From contig PNXW01004639.1 in NCBI GenBank assembly GCA_013265495.1, positions 186,001 to 250,000 on the forward strand: a stretch of DNA of 64,000 nucleotides, given 5' to 3'. The stretch is from Vicugna vicugna. Taxonomy: Eukaryota. The translations under genes and the position numbers were made by a program. This document shows positions 49,001-59,771 of the stretch, in pieces. Every line of letters begins with the position of its first letter. Positions within the stretch are counted from its first letter, which is position 1. The notes under the pieces were generated by a model, which saw nothing but the letters and a program-made list of their open reading frames with translations, was not told the origin of the DNA and did not search any database.

Positions 49001-49227
49001 TCTAACCTCCATCTAAACTTCGCCATCTCTGTTTCTCCCCGCAGTGGGCAGATCTGTCCTTCCCATTCTGCAACCATGGCAAACGCTGCATCATGAGAAC
49101 AGTGCTGAAGATTGGACCTAACAATGGAAGGAACTTTTTTGTGTGCCCTCTTGGGAAGGAAAAACAGTGCAATTTTTTCCAGTGGGCAGTAAATGGGCCA
49201 GGAATCAACATTATTCCAGGATGCTAA
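18687..49227 (+). CDS. NEIL3: NEIL3 DNA glycosylase, full spliced CDS: join(18687..18842,25072..25199,34046..34180,34482..34695,36938..37012,38571..38737,41104..41273,42717..43134,47455..47629,49045..49227); 606 aa
   Basis: Exon lengths 156+128+135+214+75+167+170+418+175+183=1821 nt. All introns are GT..AG, phases match and there are no internal stops. The protein runs MVEGPGCTLNGEKIRARV...NGPGINIIPGC* and has the NEIL3 domain order. Confidence 0.98.
19905..20600 (-). mobile_element. L2 fragment in intron 1
   Basis: cagtcattgaacaaa head; tcagggaaggctt, tttgaaaagatcactctg, attttggaagaaaaggcagtaggacttgg. Confidence 0.7.
24222..24575 (-). mobile_element. MLT1A-like MaLR LTR
   Basis: ggctgctgtaacaaaatgccacagacc...ttctcacagttctggaggctggaagtcc...gggggttagaacttcaacatatga. 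Confidence 0.85.
25072..25199 (+). CDS. NEIL3: NEIL3 exon 2
   Basis: Acceptor ttttctactag; AAALNSNRDSSRSFLRLFDGLVYSGVETLGKELFMYFGPKAF(R), containing the GKELF catalytic Lys motif; donor CG/gtaaga. Not in the ORF track. Confidence 0.96.
28344..28499 (+). mobile_element. tRNA-derived SINE (camelid Vic-1-like)
   Basis: gggtatagctcagtgg (A box)...gcatgcacgaggtcctgagctcaatcccc (B box), AT-rich tail; TSD atctacaggt at 28334-28343 and 28500-28509. Confidence 0.85.
28770..29235 (-). mobile_element. Degenerate L1ME-like 3' fragment
   Basis: ttttaatgtatgcagagtgttc...aacatccttgagcatag...aggataaattcctaga...gatttgctg. Confidence 0.55.
30098..30281 (-). mobile_element. tRNA-derived SINE (camelid Vic-1-like)
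   Basis: Minus strand reads gggggagggtatagctcagtggtagagtgcgtgcttagcatacaag...aatccccagtacttcc plus A-rich tail; imperfect TSD ggtcctctgttttatt (30082-30097) / ggtcttttgttttatt (30282-30297). Confidence 0.88.
31810..32330 (-). mobile_element. Old MLT1 (J/K-like) MaLR LTR
   Basis: actttggttgcgagtggcagaggcccaactcaaac...tcaggcttcagg...aactctgatgactccagctt. Confidence 0.5.
33838..33881. repeat. (TA)n microsatellite, interrupted
   Basis: catatatattatatatatatatatatatataatatatatgta, about 165 nt upstream of exon 3. Confidence 0.9.
34046..34180 (+). CDS. NEIL3: NEIL3 exon 3
   Basis: Acceptor ttttgttccag; IHFGMKGFLVINPPESKSKNGVSPVFEVQLTTDLICFFDSSLEI(R); donor AG/gtaaaa. Confidence 0.96.
34482..34695 (+). 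CDS. NEIL3: NEIL3 exon 4 (H2TH motif)
   Basis: Acceptor cctttctatag; SSTESQQRIRMMEELDVCSP...LMDQKVLPGVGNIIKNEALFDSGLHPAVK; donor AAG/gtaagt. Confidence 0.97.
34800..35125 (+). mobile_element. L2a 3' end
   Basis: tcagtgaggccaaccctgaccac...ctagaatg...ttcactgatgtatcc...tctggcacatgg...aaatacttgttcaa. Confidence 0.75.
36938..37012 (+). CDS. NEIL3: NEIL3 exon 5
   Basis: Acceptor ttctattttaag; VCQLTDEQTHHLVRMIRDFSILFYR; donor AGG/gtaaga; 75 nt, phase 0-0. Confidence 0.95.
37098..37109 (-). promoter_or_regulatory. Candidate CTCF site in intron 5
   Basis: GCCATCTAGTGG reads CCACTAGATGGC on the minus strand, an exact match to the CCASYAGRKGGC core. Confidence 0.5.
38571..38737 (+). CDS. NEIL3: NEIL3 exon 6 (Fpg-type zinc finger)
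   Basis: Acceptor ttgttttcag; CRKAGSAISKHYKVYKRPNCGQCCSRITVCRLGENNRMTYFCPHCQKEDPQHVDI(C); donor TG/gtgaga. Confidence 0.96.
39475..39728 (-). mobile_element. MLT1C-like LTR fragment
   Basis: actccagtctctgcctc...ctctcttacaagcacactt...tcgagatccctaa...tcatttacagtttcctgg. Confidence 0.6.
41104..41273 (+). CDS. NEIL3: NEIL3 exon 7 (RanBP2/NZF zinc finger)
   Basis: Acceptor ttcttttatag; TLPTRNTTVNWTFSRGDPLMDCVARKSEEQWTCEVCTLINKPSSEACDACLASRHA; donor G/gtaaga. Confidence 0.96.
42717..43134 (+). CDS. NEIL3: NEIL3 exon 8 (linker, NLS-like PANKKMK)
   Basis: Acceptor tctctttccag; (D)SVLKNEENPTALNYLVKYPCNRFGKP...RTAFGTTTLVLTDFSN...CNPGFSI; donor AG/gtatga. Confidence 0.95.
47455..47629 (+). CDS. NEIL3: NEIL3 exon 9 (GRF zinc finger 1)
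   Basis: Acceptor cttgtcattacag; ELQVHVTDGP...PRCRGHGRPCVLRVVRKDGENKGRHFYACPLPREAQCGFFE; donor GAA/gtacgt. Confidence 0.95.
49045..49227 (+). CDS. NEIL3: NEIL3 exon 10 coding part (GRF zinc finger 2, stop TAA)
   Basis: Acceptor gtttctccccgcag; WADLSFPFCNHGKRCIMRTVLKIGPNNGRNFFVCPLGKEKQCNFFQWAVNGPGINIIPGC*. Confidence 0.97.
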   Translation, partial: WADLSFPFCNHGKRCIMRTVLKIGPNNGRNFFVCPLGKEKQCNFFQWAVNGPGINIIPGC

Positions 49228-49521
49228 TATTATCTCCTTGTGTAGAATATATAGCATTTAATCTCTTCAAAATGTGTATAAGTGTAAAGTTATTGCAATA
49301 TTTGAGAACTGTTCATTTAAGTGTACTATCTTTCCATTATATGGATTTTTTTGCTTTAATGAATGCCATATGTCTTTTATCAAATATATAATATAAGCCA
49401 TTTAGAATGTATATTTAATGCATTTAGTTATGATAAAGTATTTTTAGTATGTACTTAGTCTCTTGTAATTTCTTTAGGGAAGCAGTGAATTTCTTTTTGT
49501 GGGGGGAGAAGTATGCAGTAC

Positions 49522-49527
49522 AATAAA
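49522..49527 (+). terminator. Likely NEIL3 polyadenylation signal AATAAA
   Basis: First AATAAA about 295 nt after the stop codon. Alternatives are ATTAAA 49588-49593, followed by a T-rich tract, and AATAAA 50039-50044. Confidence 0.6.
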
Positions 49528-50659
49528 ATAATGTATTCTGTCTGTAATGAATAATTTCTTAGATATCATCACTATTCATGATATATGATTAAAGAAACTT
49601 CTTGTTTTTTTAAATGAAATGTAAGAAATGGGATCTTCTTTATAGAAATTAATGCTTTCTCTTTTTTATTCTGTTCAACGAACATCAAGTTCTAGACGCT
49701 AGGGGCATGCCAAACACTTGTATAACTTCAAATGCATTTTCATGGAGAGCTCTGGGAATTCAGAATATAAAAGTAATATTTAAGAACAGAAGAAGTTGTC
49801 TATATATCTTTAAAAGAGAAGTTGGTTTAAACTTTTCTGATCTGTTAATTTTTTTAAGATAAGTTTATTGCAAAAGCTTAATGTGCTGTTATCGTTCTAG
49901 TTTTATTTTAACTCCCCTCCCTTTTCTTTTTAAATTTAGTTCAGGTGTGATTACTTCCTGAAAGAAAAGCGAAACAGTAATCTTAAGGCATTTCTGCATG
50001 TTTGTGGAAAATTCCATTCAGAGCTGGTTCGATCTATTAATAAAAGGACAGTGTGGAGGATGGCAGAAATCCCTTTCTCTTCCATCATGAAAGGGCCCAT
50101 GCAGAGCTCTAGAAGTTAACAGCATGTGAAATTACCAGGGCAGAAAATATTCCATCGTGCCATCTGTGTTTGAACTCTACACTGAAGAGAGAGAATTAAA
50201 ACCAACTTAAGGTCAGTGATCTTCACCCAACAGGGTAATAGTAACTCTACAGAGCAGACCAAGAAATAGACCAGGACCATTCACAATCTTAGTGACCTGA
50301 TGTGAAGCACAGGGTGAGCATTTGGAAGGAAGCTACGTATTATTTGTGCAACAACAAGGGAAAAGGCCTATTGCAAAGCTGGCTTCCATAAATTCCAGTC
50401 TTCAAAAATTAGCAGATAAATTACAAGGAAATATAGGCAAATGAAATAATAGATATCAATATAATAAATTTAGAGACATCTACAAAATATGCAGGATTGA
50501 TGTGAAGAAAATTTTACTGAGAAGCATTAAAGAACCAGATGGATAGACGAAACAGCATCCTGTTTGAAAACATGGATGTTTTACAAATGCCATTCTTCCA
50601 AAATTAATTTTGAGTTTTAATGAAATTTCCCATCAAAGTCTCAAGGAGGTTTCTGCTTC

Positions 50660-51640
50660 CATTATGGAGTAAGCTTCACCTGAATGCAACTCTAGATTCT
50701 GGACAAAAATTAAAAACAATACTGGAGAGTGAACAAAAGCAGGCAGATTCTGGAGGTGGGTAAAATTGGAAGGAGAGACCAGCTAGAAGTTATTTCCCAT
50801 TTTTTTACAATTTTTATCCTGAGGGCAGAACAAAGTCAGTTTCAACCCAGTCTTTCTGGCCTGAAGAGCCAGCAGACAGTCTGGGCAACCACAGCCACCT
50901 GAAGGGAGAAATCTCAGAAGAGACTCCGCAAGGGAGAGCCTCTGTGTTTAAACCGCCCATGTCCTTGACTGACGCCTGAACATATGTGTGGGTCAGACAG
51001 CACAGAGCAACTAAAGAGAAAAGAACTGAACCAAGATTTAATCAGTCACCCAAGAGAATTTGCAATTTGAATCCAACCAAACCAATTTCCTGCTGAGACA
51101 AAGGATCAACACTCTTTAGAGGAATATATCAAATCCAGAGTCTCCACCACATCATAGTCACATATTCAGGATTCAGTCTGAATTATGCAACATAAGAAGA
51201 ACAGAATAATGTGATCCAGTTTCAGAGAAAAAAACAAACACCCAAGACTGATGCCAAGGTGGCCAAGATGTTGGAATTATCAACTAAGGATCTTAAAGCA
51301 GCCTTTATAACTATGCTCATTGAAATAAACACTGAAGGGGGATGATACCAAATGGAAATTCAGATCTTCAAGAAGTGATACAGAAACTGAAATGGAAAAT
51401 ATCTAAATAAATATAAAATACTATTTTTTGCCTCTTAGTTTCATTATAATACATGGGACTGTTTAAAGGGCAAAAAATTATAACATCTTGTGAGATTTAT
51501 AATGTGTGTAGATATAATGTGACAGCTAGAATATAAGGAGAGGTCAAGGAGCTGTATGATTGCACGTTTTCTGCATTTTATGTGAAGTGATTCTGCATTA
51601 CCTCCGATTGTAAAAAGGCGAGTGTATTTATATGTAACAT
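50660..51640 (+). mobile_element. Old L1 5' region / ORF1 fragments
   Basis: ccaagatgttggaattatcaactaaggatcttaaagcagcctttataactatgctc resembles an L1M ORF1 start. Confidence 0.65.
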
Positions 51641-52620
51641 CTATTACCAGATTTGAGAAGTTTTCAACTACTATTTCTTTGAAGGCTTTTTTAGTCCCAC
51701 ACTCTCCCTCCTCTCTTTCTGAGGTTCCAATGATACAAAAGATCATTTAGGCTGTTATTACACCACAGATCCCTGGGCTCTATTTATTTTTCCCAGTCTA
51801 TTTTTGCCTCTTTCTTATTCAAACTGAGTAAATTCTATCAATCTGTCTTCAAGTTCACTGACTCTGTTCTCTGTCATTTTCACTCTACTACTGAGATCAT
51901 TCAGCCAATTTTTTAGTTCAATAATTGCATTTTTCAGTCCCATAATTTCCACTGGGTTCTTTTTTATAACTTTTATTTCTTTATTGAGAGTTTCCATTTT
52001 TTTCATTGGTTTCAAGGTAATTTATAATTGATTCCAGAAGTTGTCTTACGGTATCTGCTTTCAAATCCTTGCCAAATAATTCTAGTATCTGATTTATCTC
52101 AGTACTGTTATCAGCTGAGTGTCTTTTCTCCTGCAGACTGTGGTCGTTCCAGTTTGGGGCAGGAGAGATGACTGTTTTTATTGTATCCTGGTGGTTTGGT
52201 TATTATGTTAGGAGACTGTAGATCCTATTAAATCTTCTATTTTAGCATGCAGTCATCCTGTTTAGTTGAGTGTGTAAGTTCTGACTTCCATCATGGGCTT
52301 GATTCCCAAGGACGGTATGGTTTTCAGAGCCCTTGCGTGCAGTTCTGGGCTGCTTTATTCTGGTCTTCCTGCGGGTCCTCATCAGGCCCTCTGGTGCTGA
52401 CTGCAGGAACAGAAGGTGAATCCCTGGGCTTCCCGGTGCTTCTAGGACATCTTCTGCAGAGGGTGTGGCAGAAGCCACAGTGCTGTGTCTCCCTATGCCA
52501 CCCGGTAGAGGGAAGCAGGTGTTGTCACTGTCCCATCAACAGCTTTGGTTCCCACAGCAGCAGAACCAGGACGAGGCTGCCGGCCTTCAGGGCCTGCATC
52601 TGCTCATGGCTGTGCTGAAC
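51640..52620 (-). mobile_element. Old L1 5' UTR / ORF1 fragment
   Basis: Minus translations KKNPVEIMGLKNAIIELKN..LSSRVKMTENRVSELEDRLIEFTQFE and AFKEIVVENFSNL are L1 ORF1p-like. Confidence 0.8.
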
Positions 52621-54559
52621 CTTGGGAAGATGCTGTGTGGTCTGTTGATATTCATCTCTTTGGAGTTTATCTGCCTATTTCTTAATATTTCAAACTAATA
52701 TCATATGAATATAAAGGCTTTTCATGTTTGGGGGAAAACTGAGAATGAGACAGAAGATAAAAATGAGGAAGATGATTTTAAGAGCCACTGTTTTTGAACC
52801 ATTATTTTGTGACGGCTGCTGTCATTTTCCATAGATTATTTTGTTTAATCCTCTTGACTTTATTATTGTTATTTCTAATTTTCCAGTTTAAGACAGCTGG
52901 CTTGCTGTAGCTTAGGTCAAAATGTCTCCATGTCATGCAGGCTGAGGTTTGGGTGAAGTTTGCATGGCACTAAGACCCACACTTTAAATAAGCTTCTCTC
53001 CTCCCCATTTATTAAAGAAAAGTGGCTGTACCCAGAATTGCATGCCATTGACATGTACAAATACCTAACGTACACAAGTGTAAGTAATTGTGGGATGATG
53101 GTAAGATTATGGTCACTTTTTTCTCTAAAATTTGTTTAAATTACTATAAATTTATTTTAAATTTCCATTGCTTTCCATTGCTTTTCTTTATTTAATTTCC
53201 ATTAAAATTTTGTTATTTTCATGTACTTTCTAAAGGTACTTGTTGTGGCATGTTCTAGACCACCATTATTGGCAAGTTGGCACGTGAAATGAAAAAAAAA
53301 CAAACGTTCTAATGAGTTTCCCAAAAAGCATAACCTCCTTTTTCTTTATATATTTTTCCGGCACTTTATATCTCTTCTGCAGCTTATACTAGTGTCTGCC
53401 TGGTGTCACATTATTTATCCTATCTGCATTTCCCGAAGTTCGCCTCCTTAAGGGATCGCATGTAACTTCTTTGTTCTTCACAGAATCTTACCAAGGATTG
53501 TGCTTTGTACACAGTAGAAACTTGGTAAACATTTGTTGAATTTAATAGATGAAGATTTAATATCATGTCAGTCGACTGAACATTTTTAACCTTGTTACCA
53601 CTATTCAAACATGAATGTACTTAAATGTCATTGAAAAGAGTGTCGCTGGTGTATTATAAAAGAGAAAGAAATTCCTCAGTGTCTAAAAGTTGTTAAGTCT
53701 TCCTAGTGATTAAATGAAAGTCTTTTTTTGGCTTTTTATAGAAATTTGCTTACACATGGACAGGCCAAAACTAATCAGATCAAAGGATATGCATTCACTG
53801 ACAAGAAAGAAGACATAAAAATAAGGCTACCTTAGCTCTACACTGTGTTTAAGATATAGAGATGAAAAAATTTTGAGTATGCCTCACAATGCCCGTGAGT
53901 TTGAACCTCTTCTTCATTTTATGGGAAACCAAACCAACTGGTTTAAATTATTTCTTTGCTTTTAATTCAGTTCATCTCTGTTGAACACGTATTATGTGAA
54001 AGATTGAGTGATGGGTGTTTTTAAAGAAGAGCTCGCCAGTGCATAAATGAGGTCAAGATGATACTGCAGGGTGCCACTGTAAGCCAAGTGCGGAGGGAGG
54101 GCTCACCCCGATTCAGGAGCTGGAGGAGCCTCTGGAGAGACAGCAGTTGGAGTTTCACGTTGGTGGACAAGGGCATTCCAGGCAGTGGGTGCAGCCTAAG
54201 CAGGTATTTCAGAGCACGGGGAGTGTGTGGGGAGTGGCAGAGTCTTGTGTGGCTAGATCATAGGGGATAGGGAGGAAAATAGAGGCGGGGAGGGGGGATA
54301 TCTGTAAGAGAAGAATTGATTCCATCTCATGGCTACAAATGAAATTCCCAAGATGGGCCAGTTCTTTGTTCTGAGGAGATAAAAATGAGTAAGTCACTCT
54401 CTTCCCTTTAGGGAGCCCATGGGCAGAGAAGCAAGCCGGTGCCCCCAGGGACCTGTGCTGGATTAGTGACGCCAACAAGTCTTCTGAACAAATGAAGAAA
54501 GGAATCCATTCTGCAGTGTTGCTGGGGATGGTAGGTATAGTGTTTAATTACTTAGATTC

Positions 54560-54830
54560 TAGAAAACAATTGAGTTCTGGAGTCAGACTGCTGGTTCAAA
54601 GACCTGCCCCACCCCTTACCTTGACCTTGACCCTGTGACCTTGAACACGGCATTTTGTTAAGTTTTGGATCCCGTGTGCTAAGTCTCAGTTACCACATCT
54701 GTTAGATGGTGACCATAGTGGTACCATCCCACAGCGCTGTTTTGAGGGTCAAGTGTGAGACCTAGCTGAAGGGCTGAGCAGTGAGTGTCCCCAGCCGTCA
54801 GAACAATGGGGTTCATTTTATTAACTTTGT
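54560..54830 (+). mobile_element. MIR SINE
   Basis: ttctggagtcagactgctggttcaaa...ctgtgaccttgaac...tctcagttaccacatctgt. Confidence 0.65.
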
Positions 54831-57444
54831 TATTCCTGCTTCTCCTCCTCCCCTCACAGCTGTTATCATGGGAGGTTTCAGAGAAGAACTAGCAATCGCA
54901 GTAGCCTTAAAGAAGGGCTTGGACTTCACCAGGCAGAGAAGGACTGAGGGACAGAGTGGAACAGCACGAGGAGAGCACGAGAGCGTGTGGAAGTACTTGT
55001 GTTTGGGGAGACAGCCTGGAACTTTAAAAAGAACGTATTAGGAAGAAGAGGCTGGGTTAGGTTTTATGTTTCCAGCGACACATCAGCAATTTAGAAACAG
55101 AAAACATGAAAGAACTGCAAAAAGCCTTCATTCATGAAGAATTGAGAGGCCCACAAGTCAGAGTAACCCGGACATCCGTTACTGTAGACAGAAACCACAA
55201 ATCCCAACGAGTTTGAACCGTTAACAACTACAGTCACTCATGTCCCATTCTCTCCCTATTTCTGCAGAAGAGGTCTGGCTGTGAGTGCATGGAAACAGTG
55301 CATATACAGTGTTTCTGGGAAGGCAGGTGGTCAGATCACACAGTTACACCCAGAGTGCTGGACCCAAGCAGTACACAGGGTCTCACTCATTGAAATCTGT
55401 TTTTAAAGGGGTGAATCCAATGCTCAACAAGGCAGAGCAAGGCCCGCCAGAGTGGATGAACCCTGTTGTTTTTGGAAGTTGCAGAATAAAAGCCAAGGGT
55501 TTAGGGGTTGAAATACTTTCTATTTATTGCTTGAATCCTGTTGACTTCTCTAATAACAGAGTCATGAAGGAGGGAAAAAACAAGAAGTTAAAAGAGATAA
55601 AGAAATGAAAAAGTGATGCTAGAAAGAAAGAATAGATCTTGAACAGAACGGAAAGGCAAAGACAGATAAATCCCTACAGCACTTACACTGACGCAGTGCA
55701 TCCGTTTTTAGCAATCAGAAACACAAATATATGGATAGTCAACCGAAGAACAGCCTTGTAAATTTTTTAAATGACACACTAGCTTTTTGGACTAAATGCT
55801 ATCATAAAATGCAAAACTGCAAAGCAAATTAACAGACTCATTACAACCCTTCCACACCTACCCTCCGAGTGTGTCACTGCCAATCCCTAGCCTTGGCATC
55901 TTGGTTTACATATTAATAAATACTCTTCTGCTTTTAATATACATATATCTCTCTCATCATTATATTATTACACTCAGCTTGTTTGGCACTATTTAAAAGG
56001 CATTTATTTTGCTATCAATGGCAGAAAACAATTTAGGAAACAGAACAGAGTAGGAAAAATGTTAAATCTAAGTGTTTGAATTGGTTATGGACTCATTAGT
56101 TTATTAACTCGTTTTCTGCAAACTTGAATACTTTGAATGCATTAGGAATGATACAGCATTTAAAAAAATGTGTGCTCTTAAAATGGTAAACACTGGATCT
56201 AAGTTCTGAGTTTGTAGTTATTACTTATTTAAAATAAACAAGCAAATTCCATTGAGATATGGTCTCATTTTCAGGAATGGTCTATTAGCAGGCGGCAGTG
56301 AGCACAACAATTAACCATATCAGCACATTAAAACCTAATGTGTAAACTCCACAAAGCAGCAAACACACGTCCTACCATGGCCTATTAAGCAATCAGAAAT
56401 GATTGCAGATAATTAGCTCGTGAACAGCTGCATAAACTCAAGTGTCCCACTTTTTATCAGACATGGAGACTTCAAGTGGAAGGGAGGTTTGTCAGCTATG
56501 TCTTGAATGGGGTGGGAGGGTCACCATGAAACAAAATTGAGGATGGATTCTAATGCTGGATGGCAGATAACCACTTTGAGTTTTCTTCTGATAATACTCC
56601 AAATGTTCACGTGGAAATAATTCCATAAGTGAAAAATACGGAAACAAAGATACTACCAATGACCAAAAACCTCTTGTAAAATTGGAAATTGAAGTAGGAT
56701 AACACAGAAATCAATTTGTCGATTATTTTAATGAGTGTATTATTTGTACTTGCTTGTATTTTTGGTTCAAATCTGATTTGTGCAATCCCATATATCTCTT
56801 CTGAATGAGATTATATTCAGATATATATCTGAATGGTGATATAGACAGTGAGTATATAGTTACATTTGAATTAATAAATGTGCTTGATGAGTATTTCTTT
56901 CTTTACAAATGCAGGAAACACACTTTCCTTTTTTTCTGTCCCTTTTACACCGAAGGAAACATGCTGGATGGACCATGATAACCATCTGTAAAAATCTGAG
57001 GGACTGATATGAAAAAGAATTCTGTTTATTCTGTACAAGTCCAGAAGAAAAACGTCACTAAGAGACAGAGATTTAATAAAAAGACAAAATTCCAAAAATT
57101 AGAGTTCTTAAAATAGAAATGGGTAGACTGCAAAGTGCTTAGGTCCTGCCAGGAATGTCATCAAAAAAATTCAGTGACTGACTTCCTGGATGTGGTTAGA
57201 AGGACCTCAGGTTACATCGAAGGTTTTTTTTTTCCTCCATGGCAAAATCCCAGGAATTAAACCTCTAAGGGAGATGGTTCAGCAATTAGTGAATATGTTA
57301 TCATTGATGGTGCTAAACTTTTGGGTGTTATTTTCTGAATACTTGCATCAAAAATTTTATATCATGTGAAATTATATTTATATATGCTTATTGTTTTTTG
57401 ACAGAATAGTTTTCATTTTATTTTTAAGCCTACCAAGGATAAAA

Positions 57445-57505
57445 TGGATGGATAATAGATGGATGGATAGATAGTCAGGTAGATGATGGTTAGGTGGATG
57501 ATAGA
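57445..57505. repeat. Degenerate (GGAT/GATA)n simple repeat
   Basis: tggatggataatagatggatggatagatag... Confidence 0.6.
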
Positions 57506-57610
57506 CAAAAGACAATAAACACATAACTAAGAACCGTGAATTTCAGTCACAAAGAATTAGTTCTATGATATGTATTTTATATTTGTTTTCTCTCTAGATA
57601 TCCTCATTTT

Positions 57611-57745
57611 TTTTAAAAGCAGTTTCTGTTTATTTATTTATTTATGGGGTGGGGGGCATTGAGTTTATTTCCTTACTTACGTGTTTTTGGTGGAGGTACT
57701 GGGATTCAAAGCCATGTGCTCTACCACTGAGCTCTACCCTCCCCC
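57611..57745 (-). mobile_element. tRNA-derived SINE (camelid Vic-1-like), internally deleted
   Basis: Minus strand gggagggtagagctcagtggtagagcacatgg...aatcccagtacctcc; TSD ctagata(t/c)cctcatttt at 57594-57610 and 57746-57762. Confidence 0.8.
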
Positions 57746-59167
57746 CTAGATACCCTCATTTTAAAAGCATTCGTTCAACAAATATGTATGCGCCTTGTCT
57801 GTGCTAGGCTGAAAGTATCGTGAATAGTCCCTCGAGGAGTTTGACGTCTTTGGGAGCAGGGAGGAAGCATTTAAAGCAACAATCACAGTCCCAGTTTGGT
57901 GATACGGGGTGCAAAGAGAAAGCGGGAGAAGGAACTCCCCTGACAGCCTGAAAGGCACCAGGAGGTAAGGCTGGGAACAAGGACTGTGCCAGGGGAAGTT
58001 TAGGAGGCAGAGAGAAGAGTCTGTAAGAGGCTGTTTGGCGTGGATGGAGGCTGCAGATTATACCTCTGAAAGACAACTCGAGCTAAAATCAGCCAGTGCT
58101 GCTGGTGGTAATTATTCCTGTGTGGGTCTCTCATCGTGAACTGTTCATTGCTGTCTCCCAAATACCCAAGAACGGCTCACTGCAACTGCTTTCTGTCCCC
58201 TAGGGCCAGTGCTAGGAAAAGTGCTAAGAAAAATGAGGACCAGCAATGTCAGCCTCACCCCAGGGCCTGGTGAACCCTCCCGGATGGAGGCGCAGGCCAG
58301 TTTGCTGTGATGAGCGCTCCAGGTAACCTTTCTACAAGCTCAAGCTTGTGAACCTCTGCTCTGGAGCAGAGTCTGCGTGTGGTTTAGAAAACACTTAGTC
58401 TACTGTATTAGAATGAACATGGAACAAAGCGTGTTGTGATAACTAGGTAAATTAATTTGAAGTGGACTGGAAATGTGCGGTTGAGAAAAAACAAACAGTG
58501 AATGGCCTGGGAGTCAGGCCACCTGGCTTCTAAGTCCAGCCCTGCCACGAAGTGATCTGATCATAATTACCACTGAATAATAACTAATTCCGCCAGGAGA
58601 CTAAGCTCCTCTGAGACCTCAGAGTCCTCAGCCATAAAACAAGGAGGTTGCATTGAAATATTTCTAAAACCCCTTTCCAAGTATAAAATATTGTGGTTCT
58701 GAAAGGGTTTTAGCATTAATTATATGCATAAATAAATAATTTAATCATGCCAGTCTCTTTGCAGATCACCTCCGACTGTTTTTCACCTCTTGTGTCTTTT
58801 GAAAGCTCTCCCACCCTTGTTCTCTGCTCTGTCCTGTCCATCATTTTTAAACCTTCTCTTCTTTCTGCCTTTCTGCTTTTGGGTCAGTGGTTGGTTCATT
58901 ACACAATTACTTAATATAAGATCCTCTTGCTTTTATACGTATTAAAACTCCCACGAAGACTCCTTGATGAAAATTCCCTAGTAGACTTTTAGATGGAAAA
59001 AAAAATAGTGCTCATCTCAAAGTGTGAAACATTCTGTCTTGAATGTCAATAGAACAGTTCACAGGGGATGAGAATAAACGGAAAGCAATGTTCACTGAAG
59101 TTAAGATTTCAGAAGCTAGAGACCCAGGGAAAGAATTTAACCCTTCCCTTTAGAATTAGAACCAACC

Positions 59168-59238
59168 TTCCTTCTTTTCTGCTTTCCTTCCTCCCTTCTC
59201 CCTCCCTCCCTCCCATCCTTCCTTCCATCCATCCATCT
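59168..59238. repeat. Polypyrimidine (CCTT/CCCT/CCAT)n tract
   Basis: ttccttcttttctgctttccttcctcccttctccctccctccctcccatccttccttccatccatccatc. Confidence 0.8.
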
Positions 59239-59293
59239 TTTGTACTGATTTTTTTTCTGTTGTACTGCTTTGTCACTAAATCTTGTACAAAAC

Positions 59294-59771
59294 TGATACA
59301 GGAAAGTGAATGTGGGGCAAGGAGGTGGCCACGTCCCAGGTCTTGGTTCTCGAAGGAAAGGATTCAAGAGTGAGCCACGGTTGAGTAAGGGTAGATTTAT
59401 TCAGAGAGACACATACTCCATAGACAGAGTGCAAGCCATGAGATATGGGGGTTGTTAGCTTTTATGGGCTCAGTAGCTTCATATGCTAATGAGTGGGAGG
59501 ACTATTCCAATTACTTTGGGGGAAGGGGCTGGGATTCTCAGGAACTGGGCCACCACTCACTTTTTGATCTTCTATGGTCAGCCTCGGAACTGCCATTGTG
59601 CTTGTGGGCGTGTCATTTACCACGCTCATATATTACAATGAGCGTATGAAGCTCAAGGTCTCCTGTAAGTCAAATCTCCCGCTGTCTTGGGCCTCAAGGC
59701 CTGTTGGGAGTTGAATTTTCTGCCACCTTGATGGTCATTGCTGTGTTATTTCCCCTTTCCTTCCTGTCTCA
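59294..59771 (-). mobile_element. Intact ERV1-class solo LTR (478 bp)
   Basis: TG...CA termini with inverted repeat tgatacaggaa / ttcctgtctca (10/11), 4-bp TSD aaac on both sides, minus-strand AATAAA at 59396-59401. Confidence 0.85.
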
